Source: Octopus vulgaris
Lineage: Eukaryota
Length of the DNA stretch: 64,000 nucleotides
Direction of reading: 5' to 3'
Assembly (NCBI GenBank): GCA_951406725.2
Contig: OX597819.1
Location: 8,370,001-8,434,000 of the forward strand
Shown here: piece by piece, positions 1 through 13,735 of the stretch
Layout of the letters: the number at the start of each line of letters is the position of its first letter
Numbering within the stretch: position 1 is the stretch's first letter
Program-made: the position numbers and the translations under genes
The notes under the pieces: model-generated
What the model saw: the letters and a program-made list of their open reading frames with translations, nothing else
Told to the model about the DNA's origin: nothing
Databases searched by the model: none

Positions 1-2223
1 ACCATCTCTCTCTCTCAATCTCTTTATGTATATATATATACTTACATACATATATACATATACGTGTTTGCGCGCGCGTGTTGCATCTATGACTTTTTTT
101 ATAGACTGGGAGAGAGAAAGAAAGAGAGAGAATGAAAACAATGATTTTAACCACATACTTTCATAGAGACAATTAGCTTTCATTCAGTCTAAATAAAACA
201 TTATAAAGCAAAGTGTTTCCACGTGCTGCCTCCGTGCTAAATAATCGCAAGAATGTGACCGCAGCCATCCAAATAATACTCACTCAGTACAACAGATAAC
301 ACCGGCTTACAAACACTGTTGGTTCCCTTCATCCTGACCCCTAATTATGCGTGTGTTTTGCCTGACAAGGAAATTAAAGAGAGGGTGGCAACTCTTCAAA
401 TCAGTGAACAAATGATGAATTCACTTTTATGAAAACTGTAAAGTGGCTGCGGGGTGGAAAAAAATATGGGTAGATGGAAGGATTAACTTGTGGCACTACG
501 AAAACGCCAAATACGGATTGCAAAAGAAATAATAGCAATAGCAATAACAGCAACAGTAATAGTAACAGCTGCGTCAACCACAATAACAACAACAACAACA
601 CAACTTAGCAATAAAAATAGATCTAGAAATAGCAGCAAATAGAGACTCTATAGTGGGAAGAAACTTTTATAACAAAACCAACAATAGGCTCTTTCTCCTC
701 CTCCTCCTCCTCCTCCTCCTCCTTATCCACCACCACCACCACCAACACCACCACCACCACCACCACAAACACAACCAGAACCACCACCACCACCACCACA
801 ACCAGAACCACCACCACCACCACAACCGGAACCACCACCACCAACCACCACCACCACCACCACCACAACCACAACCAGAACCACCACCACCACCACCACC
901 ACCACAACCACCACAACCACCACCACCTCCTCCTCATCATCATCATCAGCCGTAGCAGCAACAGCAGCAGCAACAGCAGCAGCAACAACAGTAACAGCAG
1001 TAACACTTGTACTATGATTTTCGCCCCCACCACAACCACCACCTGCATTACCATGACTACCACCATTATCATCATCATCATTATCAAAAACAGTCTGAAG
1101 CCAGCAACAGCAACACAAACAATAACAAAAGCAGTTACAGGATTAAAATAAAACACAAATTACAAAACTAATTCCCGCAACTACGACGACGACGACGACG
1201 ACACTGACGACGACGCCGACGCCGACGCCGACGATGCTGATGGTATCACGAAGATGAAGTAGGCATTTATACATGTAATGCTCACATGTGATACGGAAAT
1301 ATTCATATCAGTCATAGAAGTATATCATCATATTGTAATTATGGAAATTAAATACAACTCTATTATTGCGGTTGGGAAAGTAGTTTTGTGAAGGATCGCG
1401 ATGGATAGGGAGGAGGTGACAAGTGTTTTATGGCATAAACCAATGTTGGATAAGTCAAAAGTAATGTGTTTTATTTCTGCTTCCGTTCAGCAATTTATGA
1501 TTTATATTTTCTGCGAATTGTGAACTACTTTCTTCATATGTTTCATTTTGTCATCTTTCAGTTAATCTTATGTTTTTTTACTTTCGCTTACTCTCTTTCA
1601 TTAGTTTCACGGTTTCACGTCGCTATATCTTTTCCCTGTTTCCTAACATCTCTTCCATTTCGATATTATATGCGAATTTCCTAAATTCTCTCTTTGGTTT
1701 TCTTTACTTCTCTAAGTTTCTCTCGCAGTTTCTGTTTTTATCATTATCTATATCATTCACTCACACTCTATACATTTGCTGAGACACTATTCGCCAAACT
1801 CCCGCTTATTTACATATCACCCTATCTACTACTCTCTTGTAATACCTTTTGTCTCTCTTTCAGTCAATGCATTCTCTTTCGAACATGACAGAAAGCGAAA
1901 CATCGTGAAGAAACTTGACAGGTCATATATCGCTTTAAAAATTAAGGTAAAAGGCCCAAGTGTATATGATGTTTACCTATCTATAGTATGTCAAACTGTA
2001 TTCTATCAAAGAGACGCTTGGATGTGTCTATCATTTGCTTCAAAAATAAGCCGGGTAGAATATAAGCAAAGGGCTATTGTCCAAACCAATGACTCTGGCA
2101 CTGACTTTTGTATTACGTACACTGTATATAAATGTATGTATGTATGTATGTATGTATGTATGTATGTATGCATGTATGTATGTATGTATGTATCTATCTA
2201 TCTAACAATCAATCCATCTATTG

Positions 2224-2255
<32 letters not shown>

Positions 2256-2759
2256 CATCCCTCCCCCCACACACACACACATTCCATTTTACTACTTTCT
2301 GCTACATGACTACAGCTATACAGGTGTTCTTCCTTGTAAGCTTCTAGACGATCATGTCTAACTTAAAGCTTAATTTAAAGAGAGGAACTTAAATTAGGAA
2401 ATTCTATTAATTGAACAGCAAACATACAGGACAACGGCTTCTAGTGCTTTCCGTTTGCTTCCGACTCTTTAAGTTTATAGTTCAAATCCCGAAGAAATGA
2501 CCAATACTATTCCTCCCGCCTGGGCCAATAAAAAAGAATAGCGATCAAATAATGGGGTCAAAATGATCGAGTAACCCGTCCACTAAATTTAATATATCGT
2601 TTGTATAGCAGAAATTGGTATTTTTATTTATCTCATGCACCCACTGAAGATAGACAACAGAAATAAGTGTTTTAAACTAGATGTTTTGCAGTTCTTACCA
2701 TTCAGTCCTTCCCGCTAGATTCTGAGTTCAAATCCTGTCGTGAATCCTATCCGAAACGT

Positions 2760-4860
2760 GATTGAGAAACCACCAGAAATCACCCAGACAGCTTTCTTCA
2801 AGCTATGCCACATTAACCTTGTTTGCAGGAACACTGCTGTATGTTGAGGTTCCTGTCTACTACAGCCGGACACACGATAGATGGAAAAAGCACAAGCAAG
2901 AAGCACATATTGAGGGCTGGGAAGAGGTTGCTGTCTCCAGATGCGAGGCCATCTGCGGGTGTACACTCTGCATCTCAATCAGCAGGAGTGTATTTTCTGC
3001 GTCTGCTGCTGCACACTGTCACAGATGCTAGATCATTCACAGACCTGTGAATGTATAATGGAGAGGTCTGTACGACCTACAGAGAAGCTTGTGCCAAACA
3101 TGGACTATTGGACAATGATGCCCACGAGCATCAGACATTAGAGGAGGCAGCAGTCCCGCAAAGCGCCAAGTCGACTGCACCAGTTATTTTCCATGTTTAT
3201 GACATGTGGCTTGGATGAGCCTCTCAAGTTTTGGGAGGACCACAAAGAAAGCTTGGCTGAGGACATCTTGCACAAGATTTTGGATCAAAGTTCAGCCGAA
3301 AATATCAACATCAGTAATACAATTTATAATGCGGTACTACTTGACATGAAAACCCGAGTCCAAGCTATGGGAAGCCAAGGAATCGCCAATTTTGGCCTGC
3401 CTCAACAAGAACAGGCAACCAACACTCTAGCAATTGAGTAAACGCACGAGATCAACTATGATACCGAACAAATGACAGCGTATGTTATGAAAACGAGCAC
3501 CCACTGATAGAGGACCAAAGGGATGATTATCACTCAATTATGTCAAGCATTGAAGGTGAAAAGGGAGGTCTATTTTTCCTGAATGCCCCAGGTGGAACTG
3601 GCAAGACATTTGTCATTAACCTTCTATTGGTTAAAATGAAAGATTGCTTTAGTAGTGGCCTCAAGTGGAATAGCTGCCACCCTGCTAAATGGTGGCCGCA
3701 CAGCCCATTCGTCCTTCAAACCCCCTTTGGACCTGTCCAAGAAAGAGAAGGCAACCTGTAACATCAGTCGTGGCACAATAAAAGGTAAACTCTTGAATGA
3801 GTGCAAATTGAACATCTGGGATGAGGCGACAATGGGCGATAAGGGTGCCTTCGAGGCTCTTGACAGAGCACTGCAGGATCTGGGGCACAACATGCGACTC
3901 ATGGAAAGTGCAACAGTACTACTTGTAGGAAACTTTAGACAAAGCCTTCCAGTGATTCCGAAGAGAGCAAGAGCTGACAAGGTAAATGCCAGTATATAGT
4001 TGTTTTATCTGTGAAGGAGTGTGAAGAAGTTAAGGCTAAAAAAAAAAACATGAGAGCGCAGCTTAGTGGTGATGAAGAAGCTGTAACTTTCTATCGAAGC
4101 TCTTGGATGTTAGTAAAAGCACTCTGTTTGGTGGTCAGTGTGGACAGGTTAGTTTGCTTTTTGGACACATTGTAACGGACATACAGGAACTAATGGCTAG
4201 AGCGTTTCCAACCCTGGGGAGTCAATTTCAAGACCAAACCTGGCTGAGAACATGTACCATCTTAGCGCCAAAGAACGTGGAAGTGGTTGATTTGAACATC
4301 AAACTCCTGGATCAGCTTCCTGGTGAGCATTGCAGCCTCAAGTCAATGGACTCTGTGCTCAACTCCGATGAAGTTGTGAACTATCCCACTGAATTTTTGA
4401 ATAGCCTGTCACCAGCAGGCCTCCAACCTCACAACCTGCACTTCAAGATTGGAACACCAGTCATACTTTTATGAAACGTGGACTCACCCAAACTTTGCAA
4501 TAGCACATGACTTAAAATCAAGATGATGCCAAAACTCTTAGAGACGACAATTCCCACTGACAAATCAATCAAGTGGTGAGGTTGACTTCATACCACGAAT
4601 GCTGCTGATTCCTCCTGACATGCCATTTGAATTCAAGTGACTGCAATTTCCTGTACAACTGAGTTTTGCAACGACTATAAAGAAGGTTCAAAGAGAGTTC
4701 TTGGACGTGGTAGGCCTAAACCTTGCAGAACCTGTTTTTTTTTCCCATGGCCAACTGTATGTAGGATGCTCAAGAGTTGGCAGTTCGAATCATTTGTTTA
4801 TTTATGCTCCAGAGGGCAAGACCAAGTGTAGCAAATTAAGAGGCTCTGCAAAATTGATAA
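2760..4860 (+). pseudogene. Decayed Helitron RepHel C-terminal region (Pif1-like SF1B helicase) with frameshifts and stops
   Basis: Ordered motifs across ORF fragments: FLRLLLHTV..RSFTDL, APGGTGKTF (Walker A), ASSGIAATLLNGGRTAHS, IWDEATM, LLVGNFRQSLPVIP, ILAPKN, YPTEFLNSLSPAGLQPHNL, FSHGQLYVGCSRV. A possible decayed 3' terminus lies near 5215-5240. Confidence 0.93.
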
Positions 4861-5009
4861 TAATCAACCACCAATCCGTACCCTAATTAAATTATTATAA
4901 ATGACTTGAGATACTCGTACTGCCCTGGTTTTTGTTGTCCTTTTCCTCTAATATATAGCACTTACACAGCCTACCTATTCCTCTAGATCACCAGAAAACT
5001 AAACCTCCC

Positions 5010-5075
<66 letters not shown>

Positions 5076-5249
5076 TAGATATATATATAGATAATCACTA
5101 CATTCCTCGCTATTCCTGTTATGAATTTTAACGAGAGAATTTAATTTCAAGCATCTAGTTTTAAATATATATTTAAAGCAGCAGAATGAAAGGGTACCCT
5201 TTCAATCGTTAGACTGTTGCAATGCTGGGGCATCGTCTTGAATAATTTT

Positions 5250-5576
5250 TAGTGGAATAAATTGACCTAAGTACTTAACTTTTTAAAGCCTGGTACTTAT
5301 TTTCTCGGTTTCTTTGCCAAAGCGTTCTGTTTTGGGGACGTAAACATACCAACGCCGGTTATCAAGCGGTGGTGAGGGACAAAAACAGTTACAAAGACGC
5401 GCACACAAATATATATATATATATATATATATATGCGACGGGTTTTCAGTTCCCGTCTTCCACTCACAAGGTATTGGTCGGCCCGAAGCTATATACGAAG
5501 ACCTTTGTCTAATGTTGCACGCACAGGAACTGAACCCGGAACCATGTCGCTGGGAAGCAAACTTTTCACCACAGGC
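5250..5576 (-). mobile_element. Degenerate tRNA-headed CORE-like SINE (family A)
   Basis: Colinear with 18619-19074 and 53003-53414, including the internal (CA)/(TA) tract. Confidence 0.8.
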
Positions 5577-6460
5577 AGTTTGCTTAGTGGTAAGGCAACT
5601 TCACTCTCCAATATAAAGTCTGAGAGATGCGATATGTCTTTTGGTAAGGCGTTTTACGAAACACCTATTGACAAAATTGTTTCTAATTTAGCCACAAAGC
5701 CAACAGTTTTGATAGTAGGCAGTTAGTTGTCACCACGGAATCCTGTATTTGAATGATACTTTATCGTATTTTGTCCCAAAAGTCAAGATGACGTTAGTGC
5801 GTTTGAAATCAGAATGTAAAGAGCCGGAACAAATAAGACAAGATATTTTGTCTGGAGCTCTAAAATTTCTGCCAACTTTCCGCATTTCAGCTGACAAGGA
5901 CGAATAATAAAATTGTCAGCGTTCGTGATTCAACCGATAGCCTGCAAATATTGAAGGCATGTACATCCAACAATGGACTGCAACGGTCATCCTTCACTAT
6001 TTACTCAGTCTGCGTATGTGAAGAAACATTGATATGACAATGAGCATCGATACGACAGAGATGTGCCCCATGGTCGAATTATATTTACCTGTATCATTGT
6101 GATTCTTATCTGATCAATAATATTGATCTTTTACATTGACACAAGGTCTGTAATTTCTGAAGAGCTGAAGCCGAATGAAATGGAACGACTCTCAAAATAT
6201 TACTAGTACATATTTTATGGATTCCTGGGTTAATGTAATATAAGGTCTCCCTCCACTACAATCACCGCCATCACCAGACGGATTTGAAGGCAGAATGCAA
6301 ACGAACGCAAAGATATAATACCTTCCAGTTTCCCGGTTTCTCTGTTAGATTTGTCATCTAATGTCAAAGACATTACCTAATATCTATTTGATATCATATT
6401 TGCAAATGACATTTGCATACATGTATATATATCTATATACATGTATACACACACACACAC

Positions 6461-6547
<87 letters not shown>

Positions 6548-6741
6548 TACGTGTATATGTATATATAAACATAAATGTATATATTTACACACACACACAC
6601 ATAGACACACAAGCACACACATATGTCTGAATAGATTATATAAATACGTGTGTGTCTGTGTGCATGCACATATATACATATGTATATATACATACAAAAT
6701 ATCTATATATATATATAATACATGTATGTATATGTGTATGC

Positions 6742-6783
<42 letters not shown>

Positions 6784-7156
6784 TGAAAATAACTTTCACT
6801 GAATTATCGACCTTAATAGTCAACAGACTCAAATCAGTGAGTAATGCTTTTAAAGTCTTACATTGGGCCTGACGCGATCATTGTATCAAATATTTCTACT
6901 TTTTTTTCTCTCCTTAAGACACAACCCCTTGTCATAGCACCCATAAGATTTCGCCAACGCAATTCAGAAACTCTTTTGTCGCATCACCAATTAAAAGACA
7001 ATAATTAAATACTCTTGAAATAGTTTTGCATAACCCGAGGAATGAAGATATAACCATTATAGTAGCCAGTTAAAAGGCAGATCTTTGATAAACTAAATTT
7101 GTTCGACCTTGGTTCAGTTGCGTATATATATATATATATATATATATAAGGCTCAA

Positions 7157-7525
7157 AATCAGCAGAATTCGTGGTATAAAGTCAACCTCACCACTTGATT
7201 GATTTGCCAGTGGGAATTGTCGTCTCTAAGAGTTTTGGCATCATCTTGATTTTAAGTCGTGTGCTATTGCAAAGTTTGGGTGAGTCCATGTTTCATAAAA
7301 GTATGACTGGTGCGCCAATCTTGAAGTGCAAGTTGTGAGGTGGGAGGCCTGCTGGTGACAGGCTATTCAAAAATTCAGTGGGATAGTTCACAACTTCATC
7401 GGAGTTGAGCACAGAGTCCATTGACTTGAGGCTGCAACGCTCACCAGGCAGCTGATCCAGGAGTTTGATGTTCAAATCAACCACTTCCACGTTCTTTGGC
7501 GCTAAGATGGCACATGTTTTGAGCC
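7157..7525 (-). pseudogene. Second, inverted copy of the Helitron helicase fragment (matches ~4242-4610)
   Basis: ORF 7293-7490 is nearly identical to ORF 4103-4474, and nucleotide identity extends on both sides. Confidence 0.92.
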
Positions 7526-7834
7526 TTAACTATACAACTGTATAACACCTTACATTTACTTAAGCGTGTCACCTTACTTTCCTTCATTATTGTACTCTGA
7601 AGATACGTTTGTCGTTGCTCTATAAAGTGGCCACAATGATCCTTTGTCCATTCCTGATCAATTTCTAAACTAACAAACAGTACATCTTATCAAAAACCTG
7701 TTCTATAATGTCAGGCTAAACGAGGAGCAGCTTTTAGTTTGGTAACGGTTAAAGAGGTAAGCAATAACTGAATCATCGAGAGGGAACTTGTGGGAAGTAG
7801 GCCCTTAGGGATCTTACAGTCACTATTCTGCATA

Positions 7835-8534
7835 TCTTTATATATAAAAGAGAGGTTGTGTGCTGTCTGTTTCATACGATTTAGATTCCTAACTACTCCC
7901 ACATTTGTGGTGCAGTTTAACCAAAAGCGGGTATCTTATAGTCGTGATTCATATCGAGCCCTTCTAGGTATTAGCGCGCGTCTACGATGAGTCTACGATT
8001 TAAAAAAAAATTTACCATCAATTTTTCCAATTTTTAATGCATTTTTGGCATATATAAGGGAAGTAACTCTCTAAAAATTTATTATTAAATCTCAGAACGT
8101 AAAAAGCTACAGTAACCCCCCCCCCCACCTTTGTAGTTAGCCATATTGAGATGGCTAACCACAAAGGTTAAACTTTACATTGTCGAGCGATTACTGTTTA
8201 CATCTCGTTCTGAGATTTAATAATGCTTGCAGTAAGTTTTTCGAAATCAGTGGCAGAAGTCACTAGAAAAACTCTTATATGTTTGCAAACAGGCCTTGTC
8301 TTTCATCGTGATCCGGTGATTACCGCCCGTTCATAAGAGACAATAATCTCGAAACCGCGGTCCGGTGCGTATCACTCAGGCTTACGAGAAAGGGATGGCC
8401 TCCCTTTGCAAATACCATAAGGGCACAGAAAGTGTGTCTAAAGCCAGCTGGAGACGATGATCTCCTGGGGCTAAAAAGCTACAGTAACACCCCCCTTTGT
8501 GGTTAAACATACTGAGATGGCTATTAAACTTTAC

Positions 8535-8536
<2 letters not shown>
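7835..8536 (+). mobile_element. Non-autonomous Helitron, long variant lacking a 3' terminus
   Basis: Starts A|TCTTTATATATAAAAG like the copies at 20272 and 55189. Has an internal duplicated block and ~250 bp of extra sequence, then runs into (TA)n. Confidence 0.8.
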
Positions 8537-8586
<50 letters not shown>

Positions 8587-8681
8587 TGGTAAGACAACAA
8601 AAGAATGAAACAGACCTCGATATTATGTAAATAGAGGAATTTATCTGTAAATGTAGTATGTGATAATTATTCGGTAGCCAT

Positions 8682-8742
8682 GATAAAACTCCGAGTTTTG
8701 GATGCCGAGGTGGGAATCCACGCCGCCATCTCTTCAGTTGTC
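8682..8742 (-). ncRNA. Degenerate type I hammerhead ribozyme motif
   Basis: Minus strand reads GACAA CTGAAGA GATG...GTGG ATTC CCAC...CATC C AAAA CTCGGAG TT TTATC. AAAA in place of GAAA is consistent with CpG decay. Confidence 0.5.
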
Positions 8743-9293
8743 CAGCCATCTGACAAGTTGCTATGAAAATGACCGTTAAACAAAGGGAAATTACTGTGTG
8801 ATTGACCGTTATTAAAACAAAAGAGCTATTTGGATGACCGCTGAGGGGGGGGAAGTAAGGGGTTAAAAGATTCATAGTGTGCACGCCCGCACACCCACGT
8901 ACATGCGCCTAAAAGTATACACTCATCCACCCTCACTTGAAACGTACACATTCTCAGCCGCACTATTCGCCAAATATATATATACAATTCCACACACAAA
9001 CGCACCCAAAAGGTTCATACACACGTCTATATACGCACAAGCACAAGAAAGAACAGGGCTAAGGGCAACAATATATATATATATATATACAAATTGAGAC
9101 AGGGGTTGTAAATGCACCCCTCAATGGGATAACGTATATCCAATATACTGCTATGTACATTCCTTTATGTACACTGATTTGTTCTGCTTTTTATACTTAA
9201 CCCTACAGTCTCTTATGTGGTGGTTTAATAAAGTATGTGATTGAGTATTATCTGGTAATTGATATTTGATTTGGATCTATTTCTCCATTTTCT

Positions 9294-9348
<55 letters not shown>

Positions 9349-9350
<2 letters not shown>

Positions 9351-9573
9351 AAGCAGCAGAAAATTCAACAAAACCTGTTACTCTGAGTTTCCCGTTGCCG
9401 TTCATCGGACAGTTTTTGCTAGACAGCAAAACTGTCCGATGAACGGCAACGGGAAACTCAGAGTAACAGGTTTTGTTGAATTTTCTGCTGCTTTAAATAA
9501 AGCATATTACTCTACCACTGGTATTTGAGTACTCTTTTTTCCACCTTGTTTCACATTTATGTGTTTACTCCGG
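9349..9573 (+). mobile_element. Penelope-like terminal-repeat (pLTR) fragment with inverted duplication, embedded in (TA)n
   Basis: ~71 bp inverted repeat (9349-9420 / 9425-9495), hammerhead motif, AATAAA, T-rich end, and (TA)n on both sides. Confidence 0.65.
9428..9474 (+). ncRNA. Minimal type I hammerhead ribozyme motif (U4C core variant); an inverted copy lies at ~9370-9416 on the minus strand
   Basis: AAAACTGT CCGATGA A CG-GCAA-CG G GAAA CTC-A-GAG TA ACAGGTTTT: stem I with one bulge, GNRA-capped stem II, near-palindromic stem III, GUA site. Confidence 0.7.
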
Positions 9574-9616
9574 TATATATATATATATGTATATATATGT
9601 ATATGTATGTATGTGT

Positions 9617-9689
<73 letters not shown>

Positions 9690-10816
9690 TAGATAGATTG
9701 ATAGATAACATGTAACACAGTGCTATAAATACCAAATATATAACTATAAATAGCAGTAACAAGTCAATGATAAAGTAAATCAATGATAAGTGTCAGGAGA
9801 AAATAGTTGAAGCTGTGCAGTTGTTCGTAGTAACACCGTTATTAAATCAACAATTAACCGGAAGTGAATATCAATTATAAAGCAGCATATCAAAATTCGA
9901 TGCAGTTTTACGTAAAACACGTTATCAACATAATTCTTCTCAACTGATGAAAGAAAGCCATATCAGGACAAAAAGAGAAAAGAAAAAAAAAAACAGAAGA
10001 AAAAAATAAGCAACGGCATTGATTACGGATGTGTGGAGGTGACCAAAGACGTCAGCATATGATGACCTCTGTAGTTAGGGGTTTTCATTTGAGACGTAAC
10101 AGCCGAGAGTTTAATAGGGCGGTTCAACGTGGAAGTAACAAAATACATTTCAACCATGCCATACCGCTCAAACATGTATATATATATATATATATATATA
10201 TACTCCCATGCATGTTTACATGCACAGTCACAAGAGTACACAAACTCTTCTTCTTTCTCAATTTCTCCCTTTTTACATGTTTATTCGTGTGTGTATCTCT
10301 ATGTGTAAGGAATTCTTATTATTATTGTATGTTCACGTTTATATATATATTAAAAAAAAATTCTATAATTTCATCTGCAAATGAAATCTAAATAAATATT
10401 TGAAAATGAAGAAAAATATAGCGGTTGCGATTAAACGTCGGAGAATATATACCACTGGGTGTAAAACTAAACAACAACACACATACATTTATGTGTCATA
10501 TACAATACTTCAGATGAGCTGACGAACTGAAATGAATTGAAATATTACAAAGCTTCATTACAAATGAAAACATCGTTTCTATACTAATGATATACGGAAA
10601 AAGAGGAGGGGTGGTTCTGACGGACCGCTTCACAGTTAATTGACCGATCCTCAGAGAAGTCATACCCAGTTTCCTTCCTCGATGCATAATATAGCTGATT
10701 TCTACTTTTCTTCTGGGAAGGAAGCCGGGATCTATAAATCATATCGGTATGTGCTGGGAATGAAATAACATTGTGAAAAGCAATGACATCTCCCTCTCTC
10801 TCTCTTTCACTCTCTG

Positions 10817-10866
<50 letters not shown>

Positions 10867-10870
<4 letters not shown>

Positions 10871-11182
10871 TTGATCACTTTGACCGACCAGTCCGTCAGG
10901 CGTCCATTTGACACCGCTGGTCACAGCACGCTGTCCACTCCTCTCAGGATCGCGCCTTTCTGATCCACGTGATCCCAATCGTCCTCCTGAAATCGTCACT
11001 CCACCGTCGTGGAGGTCTTCCGGGTGGTCTTTTCCGCTCACGCGGGCACCACTCGACAACTGCGTGCGTCCACCGATTATCGGTGAGCCGGGCGACGTGT
11101 CCAGCCCATCTATACTTGCTGCGTGTATACTCTGCGATGACATCTCTCACGCCGGACTTCTTTCTGATGATCTTGCTACTTA
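10867..11182 (-). mobile_element. 3' fragment of an RTE-type LINE
   Basis: IRKKSGVRDVIAEY..KYRWAGHVARLTDNRWT..VVEWCPRERKRPPGRPPRRWSDD is a typical RTE C-terminus; a short 3' UTR ends at (TA)n. Confidence 0.85.
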
Positions 11183-11419
11183 TATACACACAAAAAAAAA
11201 ACAGGTCCAGTTCTTTGGAGTTTTGGAAACTGGGTGAAGAAAGGACAAGTTGGTTTCTTTTAGAGGAACTTAGCCCCATTGTTCAGTTTGGAACAGAGTA
11301 TTATAACAACAGGGCAAATCCAACTCTTACGATAGGTTTTAATGTCGCTTAATGAAGCATGGTATTTGATGTTATTAACGGCAGTTTAGTGAGGTATATT
11401 GTGATTATCAGATATCAAT

Positions 11420-12115
11420 GGTTTGAAATTCATCAAAAGTGCATATCTTCTATAAAAGCAATGTGAAATGTCAGTTTTCTATTAGTAGGTATTGCAAACT
11501 GCGGAAGTATGTTTAGCCTTTGTTGGAAGCTGAATGGGCAATTGCAACCCCACCGGCGAGTAACATGGGGCCCTGTTCAGTATGCTTTATTTGATATTAA
11601 GATGATTCTCAATTGAGATGTTTCTATCGTCATTGAGTTTCCAGATGAAGCGGGACAAGAAAGTAGAGTTTTCCCTATCCCTACATATGAAGACGTGCAT
11701 ATGCTGTGGGTATCCTATTTTGAAGTTGTTGGCCCTCATGCTCGTGTTGATTATCGTACAAATATCGGGTGGTGTGAGGGCGCCGCGGTGTTCATGAAGC
11801 AGGATCCTCTCAATAGACAATTATTAGAATTTCAACTGTTGCATGTTGTGGTGTGGGATAGGGATTTTGCGGACGCGTATTTGCTTCTGGCGTAGCGTGC
11901 GATGTTATCTAAACATGCATGGCTGACATTAACATAATAAGAATTTAAAAAGTGATGCTGCTCGTGGGGTCTAGGTATTCAGGAATCTTCTGGTTATATT
12001 TGGTACAAATATTTTGATTGAATGGAGGTTGACAGCAGATAACAATTCGTTTTCTAACAGTTTTGTGGTTTGGGAGTGTAGGTAGGGTATACTCCACACA
12101 CACACACACACACAC

Positions 12116-12148
<33 letters not shown>

Positions 12149-12203
12149 TGTATGTATGTATGTATTATATATGTATGTATGTATCTATCTATCTATCTAT
12201 CTA

Positions 12204-12271
<68 letters not shown>

Positions 12272-12425
12272 TATAACAATGAGGGTCTTTTCAACAGGTT
12301 GCTAGACTACATACCGAAAGTATTAGAAATAGCAGCCAGACGACTGTTAGTGGTCCTTTTCCATACCGAAAAACTACTTGGTGAAATTTGTTGATTTTAT
12401 TAAATTAATTATATTTCACCCTTTA

Positions 12426-12477
<52 letters not shown>

Positions 12478-12725
12478 CATATAAACTTAGCAGCGAAGCC
12501 ACTCCCCGCTCGAGACTCTATGCAATGGTGTACTGCCAGGTTAAAAATTTTTCTATCTGAAAATATATTGGGGATTCGTATGCTGATATCTGTAATCCAG
12601 TCTTTGATTACAGTTATTGGGTGGCGGGAATGTCGAAGACCATAAACCTTTTCCACATTGAGTTTTCTATAGGGCAAATTTCTACGAAAATATCCACGAT
12701 TACAAATATACATATTTTTAATCAT
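11420..12725 (-). pseudogene. Decayed Penelope-like element: RT thumb, linker and GIY-YIG endonuclease region, interrupted by microsatellites and an insert
   Basis: In order on the minus strand, with frameshifts: LPYRKLN..HSRHPITVIK..ISIRIPNIFSDRKIFN..SGF, RKRIV..PPFNQN, NITRRFLN, CNS*NSNNCLLRGSC, ENSTFLSRFIWKL, SILNRAPCYSP, NRKTDISHC. These resemble PLE C-terminal motifs from memory. Confidence 0.75.
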
Positions 12726-12778
12726 AATAAAGATATTATGAATATAATAAATTCATAATGGGCATATACATGTATAAG

Positions 12779-13162
12779 TGGAGGCGCAATGGCCCAGTGA
12801 TTAGGGTAGCAGACTCGCGGTCATAGAATAGCGGTTTCGATTCCCAGACCGGTCGTTGTGAGTGTTTATTGAGCAAAAACACCTAAAGCTCCACGATGCT
12901 CCGGCAGGGGATGGTGGTGATCCCTGCTGTACTCTTTCACCACAACTTTCTCTCACTCTTACTTCCTGTTTCTGTTGTAACTGTATTTTAAAGGGCCGGC
13001 CTTGTCACTCTCTGTGTCACGCTGAATATCGCCGAGAACTACGTTAAGGGTGCACGTGTCTGTGGAGTGCTCAGTCACTTACACGTTAATTTCACGAGCA
13101 GGCTGTTCCGTTGATTCGGATCAACCGGAACCCTCGTCGTCGTAACCGACGGAGTGCTTCCA
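12779..13162 (+). mobile_element. tRNA-derived SINE family B (~385 bp; possibly octopus OR2-like)
   Basis: A box TGGCCCAGTGATTAG and B-box-like GTTTCGATTCC; eight similar copies in the window; TSD ATACATGTATA. Confidence 0.9.
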
Positions 13163-13341
13163 TACATGTATAGTATCTCCTAAACTGAGACTACCCAGAC
13201 AAAGACTGAAAATTAATGTTAACTCTATAGAATTTATTATATTTGTAATACTATTATGATTAATGATAATATTTACATTTATAATGTATGCCCTACACTG
13301 TAATAAAGCACACGTAACATGGAATAAAAAAATATACCAAA

Positions 13342-13735
13342 CAAGCAGTATCGCCCGGCGTTGCTCGGGTTTGTAAGGGAAATAACTATATAAGCATTTT
13401 TAGAGATGTAAAGTAAATAGCCATCTCAATATGGCTAACCACAAAGGGGGGGTGTTACTGTAGCTTTTTACGCTCTGAGATTTAATAATAAATTTTTAGA
13501 GGGTTACTTCCCTTATATATGCCTAAAATGCATTAAAAATGGGAAAATTGATGGTAAATTTTTTTTTTAATCGTAGACTCATCTTAGACGCGCGCTAATA
13601 CCCAGAAGGGCTCGATATGAATCACGATTATAAGATACCCGGTTTTGGTTAAACTGCACCGCAAAATGTGGGAGTAGTTAGGAATCTAAATCGTAGGAGA
13701 CAGACAGCACACAACCTCACTTTTATATATAAAGA
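13342..13735 (-). mobile_element. Non-autonomous Helitron
   Basis: 5' TC, subterminal CCCGAGCAACGCCGGG hairpin, 3' CTTG (other copies end CTAG). Confidence 0.88.

Noticed and set aside
623-1156. His/Pro-rich and poly-Val/Trp ORFs
   Set aside because: Translations of (CAC)/(CAA)/(CTC) trinucleotide repeats, open in several frames on both strands.
10519-10556. CTGACGA...GAAA hammerhead-like spacing
   Set aside because: No convincing stems I or II.
12779-12852. tRNA-like heads of SINE families A, B and C
   Set aside because: They continue into SINE bodies with TSDs and do not form complete cloverleaves, so they are not called tRNA genes.
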